Positions 25,701-39,800 of a stretch of DNA of 64,000 nt are shown here, piece by piece. Position 1 is the stretch's first letter. The number at the start of each line of letters is the position of its first letter. Made by a program: the position numbers and the translations under genes. This DNA is from Eledone cirrhosa (Eukaryota), in contig OZ024761.1 in the NCBI GenBank assembly GCA_964016885.1, positions 11,470,001 to 11,534,000 of the forward strand, in the 5' to 3' direction. Under the pieces are notes generated by a model. It was given only the letters and a program-made list of their open reading frames with translations, was not told the origin of the DNA and ran no database searches.

Positions 25701-28700
25701 GTTGGTATGTGGTGTGGTGTGTGTACAACCTGTGTTGGTATGTGGTGTGGTGTGTACAACCTGTGTTGGTATGTGGTGTGGTCTGTGTACAACCTGTGTT
25801 GGTATGTGGTGTGGTGTGTACAACCTGTGTTGGAATGTGGTGTGGTGTGTACAACCTGTGTTGGTATGTGGTGTGGTGTGTACAACCTGTGTTGGTATGT
25901 GGTGTGGTGTGTACAACCTGTGTTGGTATGTGGTGTGGTGTGTACAACCTGTGTTGGAATGTGGTGTGGTGTGTACAACCTGTGTTGGAATGTGGTGTGG
26001 TGTGTACAACCTGTGTTGGAATGTGGTGTGGTGTGTACAGCCTGTGTTGGAATGTGGTGTGGTGTGTACAACCTGTGTTGGAATGTGGTGTGGTGTGTAC
26101 AACCTGTGTTGGTATGTGGTGTGGTGTGTACAACCTGTGTTGGTATGTGGTGTGGTGTGTGTACAACCTGTGTTGGTATGTGGTGTGGTGTGTACAACCT
26201 GTGTTGGTATGTGGTGTGGTGTATGTACAACCTGTGTTGGTATGTGATGTGGTGTGTACAACCTGTGTTGGTATGTGGTGTGGTGTGTACAACCTGTGTT
26301 GGTATGTGGTGTGGTCTGTGTACAACCTGTGTTGGTATGTGGTGTGGTGTGTGTACAACCTGTGTTGGTATGTGGTGTGGTGTGTGTACAACCTGTGTTG
26401 GAATGTGGTGTGGTGTGTACAACCTGTGTTGGAATGTGGTGTGGTGTGTGTACAACCTGTGTTGGAATGTGGTGTGGTGTGTACAACCTGTGTTGGTATG
26501 TGGTGTGGTGTGTGTACAACCTGTGTTTGAATGTGGTGTGGTGTGTACAACCTGTGTTGGTATGTGGTGTGGTGTGTGTACAACCTGTGTTGGTATGTGG
26601 TGTAGTGTGTACAACCTGTGTTGGTATGTGGTGTGGTGTGTACAACCTGTGTTGGTATGTGGTGTGGTGTGTGTACAACCTGTGTTGGAATGTGGTGTGG
26701 TGTGTACAACCTGTGTTGGAATGTGGTGTGGTCTGTGTACAACTTCTGTTGGTATGTGGTGTGGTCTGTGTACAACCTGTGTTGGTATGTGGTGTGGTCT
26801 GTGTACAACCTGTTTTGGTATGTGGTGTGGTCTGTGTACAACCTGTTTTGGTATGTGGTGTGGTGTGTACAACCTGTGTTGGTATATGGTGTGGTGTCTG
26901 TACAACTTGTGTTGGTATGTGGTGTGTACAACCTGTGTTGGTATGTGGTGTGGTCTGTGTACAACCTGTTTTGGTATGTGGTGTGGTGTGTACAACCTGT
27001 GTTGGTATGTGGTGTGGTGTGTACAACCTGTGTTGGTATATGGTGTGGTGTCTGTACAACTTGTGTTGGTATGTGGTGTGTACAACCTGTGTTGGTATGT
27101 GCTGTGGTGTGTACAACCTGTGTTGGTATGTGGTGTGGTGTGTACAACTTGTGTTGGTATGTGGTGTGTACAACCTGTGTTGGTATGTGGTGTGGTGTGT
27201 ACAACCTGTGTTGGTATGTGGTGTGGTGTGTACAACCTGTGTTGGTATATGGTGTGGTGTCTGTACAACCTGTGTTGGTATGTGGTGTGGTGTGTGTACA
27301 ACCTGTGTTGGTATGTGGTGTGGTGTGTGTACAACCTGTGTTGGTATGTGGTATGGTGTGTACAACCTGTGTTGGTATGTGGTGTGGTGTGTGTACAACC
27401 TGTGTTGGTATGTGGTGTGGTGTGTACAACCTGTGTTGGTATGTGGTGTGGTGTGTACAACCTGTGTTGGTATGTGGTGTGGTGTGTACAACTTGTGTTG
27501 GTATGTGGTGTGTACAACCTGTGTTGGTATGTGGTGTGGTGTGTACAACCTGTTTTGGTATGTGGTGTGGTGTGTACAACCTGTGTTGGTATGTGGTGTG
27601 GTGTGTACAACCTGTGTTGGAATGTGGTGTGGTGTGTACAACCTGTGTTGGAATGTGGTGTGGTCTGTGTACAACCTGTGTTGGTATGTGGTGTGGTGTG
27701 TACAACCTGTGTTGGTATGTGGTGTGGTGTGTACAACCTGTGTTGGTATGTGGTGTGGTGTGTACAACTTGTGTTGGTATGTGGTGTGTACAACCTGTGT
27801 TGGTATGTGGTGTGGTGTGTACAACCTGTGTTGGTATGTGGTGTGGTGTGTACAACCTGTGTTGGAATGTGGTGTGGTGTGTACAACCTGTGTTGGTATG
27901 TGGTGTGGTGTGTACAACTTGTGTTGGTATGTGGTGTGTACAACTTGTGTTGGTATGTGGTGTGGTGTGTACAACCTGTGTTGGTATGTGGTGTGTACAA
28001 CCTGTGTTGGAATGTGGTGTGGTGTGTACAACCTGTGTTGGAATGTGGTGTGGTCTGTGTACAACCTGTGTTGGTATGTGGTGTGGTGTGTACAACCTGT
28101 GTTGGTATGTGGTGTGGTGTGTACAACCTGTGTTGGAATGTGGTGTGGTGTGTACAACCTGTGTTGGTATGTGGTTTGGTATGTACAACCTGTGTTGGTA
28201 TGTGGTGTGGTGTGTACAACCTGTGTTGGTATGTGGTGTGGTGTGTACGATCTGTGTTGGAATGTGGTGTGGTGTGTGTACAAACTGTGTTGGAATGTGG
28301 TGTGGTGTGTACAACCTGTGTTGGTATGTGGTGTGGTGTATACAACCTGTGTTGGTATGTGGTGTGGTGTGTACGATCTGTGTTGGTATGTGGTGTGGTG
28401 TGTCCAACCTGTGTTGGAATGTGGTGTGGTGTGTGTACAACCTGTGTTGGAATGTGGTGTGGTGTGTACAACCTGTGTTGGTATGTGGTGTGGTGTGTAC
28501 AACCTGTGTTGGTATGTGGTGTGGTGTGTACAACCTGTGTTGGTATGTGGTGTGGTGTGTACAACTTGTGTTGGTATGTGGTGTGTACAACCTGTGTTGG
28601 TATGTGGTGTGGTGTGTACAACCTGTGTTGGTATGTGGTGTGGTGTGTACAACCTGTGTTGGAATGTGGTGTGGTGTGTACAACCTGTGTTGGTATGTGG

Positions 28701-31700
28701 TGTGGTGTGTACAACTTGTGTTGGTATGTGGTGTGTACAACCTGTGTTGGTATGTGGTGTGGTGTGTACAACCTGTGTTGGTATGTGGTGTGGTGTGTAC
28801 AACCTGTGTTGGAATGTGGTGTGGTGTGTACAACCTGTGTTGGTATGTGGTGTGGTGTGTACAACTTGTGTTGGTATGTGGTGTGTACAACTTGTGTTGG
28901 TATGTGGTGTGGTGTGTACAACCTGTGTTGGTATGTGGTGTGTACAACCTGTGTTGGAATGTGGTGTGGTGTGTACAACCTGTGTTGGAATGTGGTGTGG
29001 TCTGTGTACAACCTGTGTTGGTATGTGGTGTGGTGTGTACAACCTGTGTTGGTATGTGGTGTGGTGTGTACAACCTGTGTTGGAATGTGGTGTGGTGTGT
29101 ACAACCTGTGTTGGTATGTGGTTTGGTATGTACAACCTGTGTTGGTATGTGGTGTGGTGTGTACAACCTGTGTTGGTATGTGGTGTGGTGTGTACAATCT
29201 GTGTTGGAATGTGGTGTGGTGTGTGTACAACCTGTGTTGGAATGTGGTGTGGTGTATACAACCTGTGTTGGTATGTGGTGTGGTGTATACAACCTGTGTT
29301 GGTATGTGGTGTGGTGTGTACGATCTGTGTTGGTATGTGGTGTGGTGTGTCCAACCTGTGTTGGAATGTGGTGTGGTGTGTGTACAACCTGTGTTGGAAT
29401 GTGGTGTGGTGTGTACAACCTGTGTTGGTATGTGGTGTGGTGTGTACAACCTGTGTTGGTATGTGGTGTGGTGTGTACAACCTGTGTTGGTATGTGGTGT
29501 GGTGTGTACAACTTGTGTTGGTATGTGGTGTGTACAACCTGTGTTGGTATGTGGTGTGGTGTGTACAACCTGTGTTGGTATGTGGTGTGGTGTGTACAAC
29601 CTGTGTTGGAATGTGGTGTGGTGTGTACAACCTGTGTTGGTATGTGGTGTGGTGTGTACAACTTGTGTTGGTATGTGGTGTGTACAACTTGTGTTGGTAT
29701 GTGGTGTGGTGTGTACAACCTGTGTTGGTATGTGGTGTGTACAACCTGTGTTGGAATGTGGTGTGGTGTGTACAACCTGTGTTGGAATGTGGTGTGGTCT
29801 GTGTACAACCTGTGTTGGTATGTGGTGTGGTGTGTACAACCTGTGTTGGTATGTGGTGTGGTGTGTACAACCTGTGTTGGAATGTGGTGTGGTGTGTACA
29901 ACCTGTGTTGGTATGTGGTTTGGTATGTACAACCTGTGTTGGTATGTGGTGTGGTGTGTACAACCTGTGTTGGTATGTGGTGTGGTGTGTACGATCTGTG
30001 TTGGAATGTGGTGTGGTGTGTGTACAACCTGTGTTGGAATGTGGTGTGGTGTGTACAACCTGTGTTGGTATGTGGTGTGGTGTATACAACCTGTGTTGGT
30101 ATGTGGTGTGGTGTGTACGATCTGTGTTGGTATGTGGTGTGTCCAACCTGTGTTGGAATGTGGTGTGGTGTGTGTACAACCTGTGTTGGAATGTGGTGTG
30201 GTGTGTACAACCTGTGTTGGTATGTGGTGTGGTGTGTACAACCTGTGTTGGTATGTGGTGTGATGTGTACAACCTGTGTTGGTATGTGGTGTGGTGTGTA
30301 CAACCTGTGTTGGAATGTGGTGTGGTCTGTGTACAACCTGTGTTGGAATGTGGTGTGGTGTGTGTACAACCTGTGTTGGAATGTGGTGTGGTGTGTACAA
30401 CCTGTGTTGGAATGTGGTGTGGTGTGTGTACAACCTGTGTTGGAATGTGGTTTGGTGTGTACAACCTGTGTTGGTATGTGGTGTGGTGTGTGTACAACCT
30501 GTGTTGGAATGTGGTGTGGTGTGTACAACCTGTGTTGGAATGTGGTGTGCTGTGTGTACAACCTGTGTTGGTATGTGGTGTGGTGTGTGTACAACCTGTG
30601 TTGGAATGTGGTGTGGTGTGTACAACCTGTGTTGGTATGTGGTGTGGTCTGTGTACAACCTGTGTTGGTATGTGGTGTGGTGTGTGTACAACCTGTGTTG
30701 GAATGTGGTGTGGTGTGTACAACCTGTGTTGGTATGTGGTGTGGTGTGTGTACAACCTGTGTTGGTATGTGGTGTGGTGTGTACAACCTGTGTTGGTATG
30801 TGGTGTGGTCTGTGTACAACCTGTGTTGGTATGTGGTGTGGTCTGTGTACAACCTGTGTTGGTATGTGGTGTGGTCTGTGTACAACCTGTGTTGGTATGT
30901 GGTGTGGTGTGTACAATCTGTGTTGGAATGTGGTGTGGTGTGTACAACCTGTTGGTATGTGGTGTGTGTACAACCTGTGTTGGAATGTGGTGTGGTGTGT
31001 GTACAACCTGTGTTGGTATGTGGTGTGGTGTGTACAACCTGTGTTGGTATGTGGTGTGGTGTGTACAACCTGTGTTGGTATGTGGTGTGGTGTGTACAAC
31101 CTGTGTTGGTATGTGGTGTGGTGTGTGTACAACCTGTGTTGGTATGTGGTGTGGTCTGTGCACAACCTGTGTTGGTATGTGGTGTGGTGTGTGTACAACC
31201 TGTGTTGGAATGTGGTGTGGTGTGTACAACCTGTGTTGGTATGTGGTGTGGTGTGTACAACCTGTGTTGGTATGTGGTGTGGTGTGTACAACCTGTGTTG
31301 GTATGTGGTGTGTACAACCTGTGTTGGAATGTGGTGTGGTGTGTACAACCTGTGTTGGTATGTGGTGTGGTGTGTACAACCTGTGTTGGTATGTGGTGTG
31401 GTCTGTGTACAACCTGTGTTGGTATGTGGTGTGGTCTGTGTACAACCTGTGTTGGTATGTGGTGTGGTGTGTACAACCTGTGTTGGTATGTGGTGTTGTG
31501 TGTACCACCTGTGTTGGTATGTGGTGTGGTGTGTACGATCTGTGTTGGTATGTGGTGTGGTGTGTGTACAACCTGTGTTGGAATGTGGTGTGGTGTGTAC
31601 AACCTGTGTTGGAATGTGGTGTGGTGTGTACAACCTGTGTTGGTATGTGGTGTGGTGTGTACAACCTGTGTTGGTATGTGGTGTGGTGTGTACGATCTGT

Positions 31701-33068
31701 GTTGGTATGTGGTGTGGTATGTACAACCTGTGTTGGTATGTGGTGTGGTGTGTACAACCTGTGTTGGAATGTGGTGTGGTGTGTACAACCTGTGTTGGTA
31801 TGTGGTGTGGTGTGTACAACCTGTGTTGGTATGTGGTGTGGTGTGTACGATCTGTGTTGGTATGTGGTGTGGTGTGTACAACCTGTGTTGGTATGTGGTG
31901 TGGTGTGTACAACCTGTGTTGGAATGTGGTGTGGTGTGTACAACCTGTGTTGGTATGTGGTGTGGTGTGTACAACCTGTGTTGGTATGTGGTGTGTACAA
32001 CCTGTGTTGGAATGTGGTGTGTACAACCTGTGTTGGTATGTGGTGTGGTCTGTACAACCTGTGTTGGTATGTGGTGTGGTGTGTACAACCTGTGTTGGTA
32101 TGTGGTGTGGTCTGTGTACAACCTGTGTTGGTATGTGGTGTGGTGTGTACAACCTGTGTTGGTATGTGGTGTGGTGTGTACAACCTGTGTTGGTATATGG
32201 TGTGGTGTGTACAACTTGTGTTGGTATGTGGTGTGGTCTGTGTACAACCTGTGTTGGTATGTGGTTTGGTGTGTACAACCTGTGTTGGAATGTGGTGTGG
32301 TGTGTACAACCTGTGTTGGTATGTGGTGTGGTGTGTACAACCTGTGTTGGAATGTGGTGTGGTGTGTACAACCTGTGTTGGAATGTGGTGTGGTGTGTAC
32401 AACCTGTGTTGGTATGTGGTGTGGTGTGTGTACAACCTGTGTTGGTATGTGGTGTGGTGTGTACAACCTGTGTTGGTATGTGGTGTGGTGTGTACAACCT
32501 GTGTTGGAATGTGGTGTGGTGTGTGTACAACCTGTGTTGGTATGTGGTGTGGTGTGTGTACAACCTGTGTTGGTATGCGGTGTGGTGTGTACAACCTGTG
32601 TTGGTATGTGGTGTGGTCTGTGTACAACCTGTGTTGGTATATGGTGTGGTGTGTGTACAACCTGTGTTGGTATGTGGTGTGGTGTGTACAACCTGTGTTG
32701 GTATGTGGTGTGGTCTGTGTACAACCTTTGTTGGTATATGGTGTGGTGTGTGTACAACCTGTGTTGGTATGTGATGTGGTGTGTACAACCTGTGTTGGTA
32801 TGTGGTGTGGTCTGTGTACAACCTGTGTTGGTATATGGTGTGGTGTGTGTACAACCTGTGTTGGTATGTGGTGTGGTGTGTACAACCTGTGTTGGTATGT
32901 GGTGTGGTGTGTGTACAACCTGTGTTGGTATATGGTGTGGTGTGTGTACAACCTGTGTTGGTATTTGGTGTGGTGTGTACAACCTGTGTTGGTATGTGGT
33001 GTGGTCTGTGTACAACCTGTGTTGGTATATGGTGTGGTGTGTGTACAACCTGTGTTGGAATGTGGTGC
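19735..33068. repeat. 31-bp satellite (tgtacaacctgtgttggtatgtggtgtggtg) with 26- and 33-bp variants, ~13.3 kb
   Basis: Directly visible; strongly G+T-rich on the + strand. Confidence 0.99.
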
Positions 33069-33239
33069 ATTCGTTTGTGTACTTTATGATATGTTATGGA
33101 GAGAGGCAGGACTGGCATATTTCATGATAGATTTATTATTTTGTACGCCATTGTCGTATTACCTGGCATTTATATAATCTAGTTAAAGTCTGTCCCAAGT
33201 TTGGAGGTTATCTCAGTTTCATTGGCATAAAGCAGAGCT

Positions 33240-33372
33240 TATGAAACTTGAGTATACTGGAGCAATGTGAAATGAAGCGTTTTGCTCAAGAACACAGCAT
33301 GTAACCCAGCAATCAAACCCACGACAGACATGATTGGAAGTTCAACACCCTTACCACTAGGCCACACATCTC
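33240..33372 (-). mobile_element. Degenerate CORE-type SINE head
   Basis: actggagcaatgtgaaatgaagcgttttgctcaagaacac…ccactaggccacac is similar to 6370-6490. Confidence 0.65.
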
Positions 33373-33400
33373 CACTAAAATCATAAGCCCTGTAACTTAA

Positions 33401-33644
33401 CCCTTTAGCATTTAAACCAGCCATATCCAGCCAGAATTCTCTCACCTCTTTCTTTTCAAACTGGCTGTAACTGGCCACTCATACTGATGTTAAGGTATTG
33501 TTCTCAAAATAAATATTATCAAAATCTCATAGATTCGATTTTATGTGAGATATGATGTAAATGATAGGTGAGATAATTATGTAAGGTAAAGTCTTTACCA
33601 TGAAAATAAAATAGTATATATAGAGTAATGTAAATGCTAAAGGG
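33401..33644 (+). mobile_element. piggyBac-type MITE, best-preserved copy
   Basis: Perfect 14-bp TIRs CCCTTTAGCATTTA / TAAATGCTAAAGGG flanked by TTAA and TTGA. Confidence 0.9.
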
Positions 33645-33649
33645 TTGAC

Positions 33650-33818
33650 CACGTCAACAGCAGAGATCAACTGCCAAGTCAGGTCTGTGACTTCTGCATT
33701 TGGATCCTTTTGATAGTGTGTCTGGAAGAAATCTAGTATCTCCCTAGCAACCAATATCTGTCTTTTCCGCATGCTAGTCCTACCTACCTTCCTCTACAGT
33801 ACTGAGCCCTGGGTCATC
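33650..33818 (+). mobile_element. Degenerate RTE/BovB-like LINE ORF2 fragment
   Basis: Translates to AEINCQVRSVTSAFGSF**CVWKKSSISLATNICLFRMLVLPTFLYSTEPWV, the EI..RI..A..AFG.L…VW…ISL.TK..LF..LVLPTLLYGSETW signature. Confidence 0.75.
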
Positions 33819-36800
33819 CTTGTTAGTATCTGTCTGTCTCACTAGCTACAAATATAGTCTTGTTAGTATGTCTGTCTCACTAGCTACAAATATAGTCTTG
33901 TTAGTATCTGTCTGTCTCACTAGCTACAAATATAGTCTTGTTAGTATCTGTCTGTCTCACTAGCTACAAATATAGTCTTGTTAGTATGTCTGTCTCACTA
34001 GCTACAAATATAGTCTTGTTAGTATCTGTCTGTCTCACTAGCTACAAATATAGTCTTGTTAGTATCTGTCTGTCTCACTAGCTACAAATATAGTCTTGTT
34101 AGTATGTCTGTCTCACTAGCTACAAATATAGTCTTGTTAGTATGTCTGTCTCACTAGCTACAAATATAGTCTTGTTAGTATGTCTGTCTCACTAGCTACA
34201 AATATAGTCTTGTTAGTATGTCTGTCTCACTAGCTACAAATATAGTCTTGTTAGTATGTCTGTCTCACTAGCTACAAATATAGTCTTGTTAGTATCTGTC
34301 TGTCTCACTAGCTACAAATATAGTCTTGTTAGTATGTCTGTCTCACTAGCTACAAATATAGTCTTGTTAGTATGTCTGTCTCACTAGCTACAAATATAGT
34401 CTTGTTAGTATGTCTGTCTCACTAGCTACAAATATAGTCTTGTTAGTATCTGTCTGTCTCACTAGCTACAAATATAGTCTTGTTAGTATGTCTGTCTCAC
34501 TAGCTACAAATATAGTCTTGTTAGTATGTCTGTCTCACTAGCTACAAATATAGTCTTGTTAGTATCTGTCTGTCTCACTAGCTACAAATATAGTCTTGTT
34601 AGTATGTCTGTCTCACTAGCTACAAATATAGTCCTGTTAGTATGTCTGTCTCACTAGCTACAAATATAGTCTTGTTAGTATGTCTGTCTCACTAGCTACA
34701 AATATAGTCTTGTTAGTATGTCTGTCTCACTAGCTACAAATATAGTCTTGTTAGTATCTGTCTGTCTCACTAGCTACAAATATAGTCTTGTTAGTATGTC
34801 TGTCTCACTAGCTACAAATATAGTCTTGTTAGTATGTCTGTCTCACTAGCTACAAATATAGTCTTGTTAGTATCTGTCTGTCTCACTAGCTACAAATATA
34901 GTCTTGTTAGTATGTCTGTCTCACTAGCTACAAATATAGTCTTGTTAGTATGTCTGTCTCACTAGCTACAAATATAGTCTTGTTAGTATGTCTGTCTCAC
35001 TAGCTACAAATATAGTCTTGTTAGTATCTGTCTGTCTCACTAGCTACAAATATAGTCTTGTTAGTATGTCTGTCTCACTAGCTACAAATATAGTCTTGTT
35101 AGTATGTCTGTCTTACTAGCTACAAATATAGTCTTGTTAGTATCTGTCTGTCGCACTAGCTACAAATATAGTCTTGTTAGTATCTGTCTGTCTCACTAGC
35201 TACAAATATAGTCTTGTTAGTATGTCTGTCTTACTAGCTACAAATATAGTCTTGTTAGTATCTGTCTGTCGCACTAGCTACAAATATAGTCTTGTTAGTA
35301 TCTGTCTGTCTCACTAGCTACAAATATAGTCTTGTTAGTATGTCTGTCTCACTAGCTACAAATATAGTCTTGTTAGTATGTCTGTCTTACTAGCTACAAA
35401 TATAGTCTTGTTAGTATCTGTCTGTCGCACTAGCTACAAATATAGTCTTGTTAGTATCTGTCTGTCTCACTAGCTACAAATATAGTCTTGTTAGTATGTC
35501 TGTCTCACTAGCTACAAATATAGTCTTGCTAGTATGTCTGTCTCACTAGCTACAAATATAGTCTTGTTAGTATCTGTCTGTCTCACTAGCTACAAATATA
35601 GTCTTGTTAGTATCTGTCTCACTAGCTACACATATAGTCTTGTTAGTATGTCTGTCTTACTAGCTACAAATATAGTGTTGTTAGTATCTGTCTGTCTCAC
35701 TAGCTACAAATATAGTCTTGTTAGTATCTGTCTGTCTCACTAGCTACAAATATAGTCTTGTTAGTATCTGTCTCACTAGCTACACATATAGTCTTGTTAG
35801 TATGTCTGTCTTACTAGCTACAAATATAGTCTTGTTGGTATCTGTCTGTCTCACTAGCTACAAATACAGTCTTGTTAGTATCTGTCTCACTAGCTACAAA
35901 TATAGTCTTGTTAGTATCTGTCTGTCTCACTAGCTACAAATATAGTCTTGTTAGTATCTGTCTGTCTCACTAGCTACAAATATAGTCTTGTTAGTATCTG
36001 TCTGTCTCACTAGCTACAAATATAGTCTTGTTGGTATGTCTGTCTTACTAGCTACAAATATAGTCTTGTTGGTATGTCTGTCTCACTAGCTACAAATATA
36101 GTCTTGTTAGTATCTGTCTCACTAGCTACAAATATAGTCTTGTTAGTATCTGTCTGTCTCACTAGCTACAAATATAGTCTTGTTGGTATCTGTCTGTCTC
36201 ACTAGCTACAAATATAGTCTTGTTGATATGTCTGTCTTACTAGCTACAAATATAGTCTTGTTGGTATGTCTGTCTTACCAGCTACAAATATAGTGTTGTT
36301 AGTATCTGTCTGTCTCACTAGCTACAAATATAGTCTTGTTAGTATGTCTGTCTTACTAGCTACAAATATAGTCTTGTTAGTATGTCTGTCTTACTAGCTA
36401 CAAATATAGTCTTGTTAGTATCTGTCTCACTAGCTACAAATATAGTCTTGTTAGTATCTGTCTGTCTCACTAGCTACAAATATAGTCTTGTTAGTATCTG
36501 TCTCACTAGCTACAAATATAGTCTTGTTAGTATCTGTCTGTCTCACTAGCTACATATATAGTCTTGTTAGTATCTGTCTCACTAGCTACAAATATAGTCT
36601 TGTTAGTATGTCTGTCTCACTAGCTACAAATATAGTCTTGTTAGTATCTGTCTGTCTTACTAGCTACAAATATTGTCTTGTTAGTATCTGTCTGTCTTAC
36701 TAGCTACAAATATAGTCTTGTTAGTATCTGTCTGTCTCACTAGCTACAAATATAGTCTTGTTAGTATGTCTGTCTCACTAGCTACAAATATAGTCTCGTT

Positions 36801-39800
36801 AGTATCTGTCTGTCTCACTAGCTACAAATATAGTCTTGTTAGTATGTCTGTCTCACTAGCTACAAATATAGTCTTGTTAGTATCCGTCTGTCTCACTAGC
36901 TACAAATATAGTCTTGTTAGTATGTCTGTCTCACTAGCTACAAATATAGTCTTGTTAGTATGTCTGTCTTACTAGCTACAAATATAGTCTTGTTAGTATC
37001 TGTCTGTCTCACTAGCTACAAATATAGTCTTGTTAGTATCTGTCTGTCTCACTAGCTACAAATATAGTCTTGTTAGTATGTCTGTCTCACTAGCTACAAA
37101 TATAGTCTTGCTAGTATGTCTGTCTTACTAGCTACAAATATAGTCTTGTTAGTATCTGTCTGTCTCACTAGCTACAAATATAGTCTTGTTAGTATCTGTC
37201 TGTCTCACTAGCTACAAATATAGTCTTGTTAGTATCTGTCTGTCTCACTAGCTACAAATATAGTCTTGTTAGTATGTCTGTCTTACTAGCTACAAATATA
37301 GTCTTGTTAGTATCTGTCTCACTAGCTACAAATATAGTCTTGTTAGTATCTGTCTGTCTCACTAGCTACAAATATAGTCTTGTTAGTATCTGTCTCACTA
37401 GCTACAAATATAGTCTTGTTAGTATCTGTCTGTCTCACTAGCTACATATATAGTCTTGTTAGTATCTGTCTCATTAGCTACAAATATAGTCTTGTTAGTA
37501 TGTCTGTCTCACTAGCTACAAATATAGTCTTGTTAGTATCTGTCTGTCTTACTAGCTACAAATATAGTCTTGTTAGTATCTGTCTGTCTTACTAGCTACA
37601 AATATAGTCTTGTTAGTATCTGTCTGTCTCACTAGCTACAAATATAGTCTTGTGAGTATGTCTGTCTCACTAGCTACAAATATAGTCTCGTTAGTATCTG
37701 TCTGTCTCACTAGCTACAAATATAGTCTTGTTAGTATGTCTGTCTCACTAGCTACAAATATAGTCTTGTTAGTATCTGTCTGTCTCACTAGCTACAAATA
37801 TAGTCTTGTTAGTATGTCTGTCTCACTAGCTACAAATATAGTCTTGTTAGCATGTCTGTCTTACTAGCTACAAATATAGTCTTGTTAGTATCTGTCTGTC
37901 TCACTAGCTACAAATATAGTCTTGTTAGTATCTGTCTGTCTCACTAGCTACAAATATAGTCTTGTTAGTATGTCTGTCTCACTAGCTACAAATATAGTCT
38001 TGCTAGTATGTCTGTCTTACTAGCTACAAATATAGTCTTGTTAGTATCTGTCTGTCTCACTAGCTACAAATATAGTCTTGTTAGTATCTGTCTGTCTCAC
38101 TAGCTACAAATATAGTCTTGTTGGTATCTGTCTGTCTCACTAGCTACAAATATAGTCTTGTTAGTATCTGTCTGTCTCACTAGCTACAAATATAGTCTTG
38201 TTAGTATCTGTCTGTCTCACTAGCTACAAATATAGTCTTGTTAGTATCTGTCTGTCTCACTAGCTACAAATATAGTCTTGTTAGTATCTGTCTGTCTCAC
38301 TAGCTACAAATATAGTCTTGTTAGTATCTGTCTGTCTCACTAGCTACAAATATAGTCTTGTTAGTATCTGTCTGTCTCACTAGCTGCAAATATAGTCTTG
38401 TTGGTATCTGTCTGTCTCACTAGCTACAAATATAGTCTTGTTAGTATCTGTCTGTCTCACTAGCTACAAATATAGTCTTGTTAGTATCTGTCTGTCTCAC
38501 TAGCTACAAATATAGTCTTGTTAGTATCTGTCTGTCTCACTAGCTACAAATATAGTCTTGTTAGTATCTGTCTGTCTCACTAGCTACAAATATAGTCTTG
38601 TTAGTATCTGTCTGTCTCACTAGCTACAAATATAGTCTTGTTAGTATCTGTCTGTCTCACTAGCTACAAATATAGTCTTGTTAGTATCTGTCTGTCTCAC
38701 TAGCTGCAAATATAGTCTTGTTAGTATCTGTCTGTCTCACTAGCTACAAATATAGTCTTGTTAGTATCTGTCTGTCTCACTAGCTACATATATAGTCTTG
38801 TTAGTATGTCTGTCTCACTAGCTACAAATATAGTCTTGTTGGTATCTGTCTGTCTCACTAGCTACATATATAGTTTTGTTAGTATCTGTCTGTCTCACTA
38901 GCTACAAATATAGTCTTGTTAGTATCTGTCTGTCTCACTAGCTATAAATATAGTCTTGTTAGTATCTGTCTGTCTCACTAGCTACAAATATAGTCTTGTT
39001 AGTATCTGTCTGTCTCACTAGCTACAAATATAGTCTTGTTGGTATGTCTGTCTTACTAGCTACAAATATAGTCTTGTTGGTATGTCTGTCTTAGTAGCTA
39101 CAAATATAGTCTTGTTGGTATGTCTGTCTTACTAGCTACAAATATAGTCTTGTTAGTATCTGTCTGTCTCACTAGCTACAAATATAGTCTTGTTAGTATG
39201 TCTGTCTTACTAGCTACAAATATAGTCTTGTTAGTATGTCTGTCTTACTAGCTACAAATATAGTCTTGTTAGTATGTCTGTCTTACTAGCTACAAATATA
39301 GTCTTGTTAGTATCTGTCTCACTAGCTACAAATATAGTCTTGTTAGTATCTGTCTGTCTCACTAGCTACAAATATAGTCTTGTTAGTATCTGTCTCACTA
39401 GCTACAAATATAGTCTTGTTAGTATCTGTCTCACTAGCTACAAATATAGTCTTGTTAGTATCTGTCTGTCTCACTAGCTACAAATATAGTCTTGTTGGTA
39501 TGTCTGTCTCACTAGCTACAAATATAGTCTTGTTAGTATCTGTCTCACTAGCTACAAATATAGTCTTGTTAGTATGTCTGTCTTACTAGCTACAAATATA
39601 GTCTTGTTAGTATCTGTCTGTCTCACTAGCTACAAATATAGTCTTGTTAGTATCTGTCTGTCTCACTAGCTACAAATATAGTCTTGTTAGTATCTGTCTC
39701 ACTAGCTACAAATATAGTCTTGTTAGTATCTGTCTCACTAGCTACAAATATAGTCTTGTTAGTATCTGTCTGTCTCACTAGCTACAAATATAGTCTTGTT

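Noticed and set aside
19679-33177. ORFs of up to 4479 aa (His/Thr-rich or Cys/Val-rich)
   Set aside because: They are translations of the 31-bp satellite. Monomer lengths of 26/31/33 shift frame freely and all frames are open, so there is no coding constraint.
33527-33772. Minus-strand 81-aa ORF as a host exon
   Set aside because: Antisense of a degenerate RTE fragment plus a MITE.
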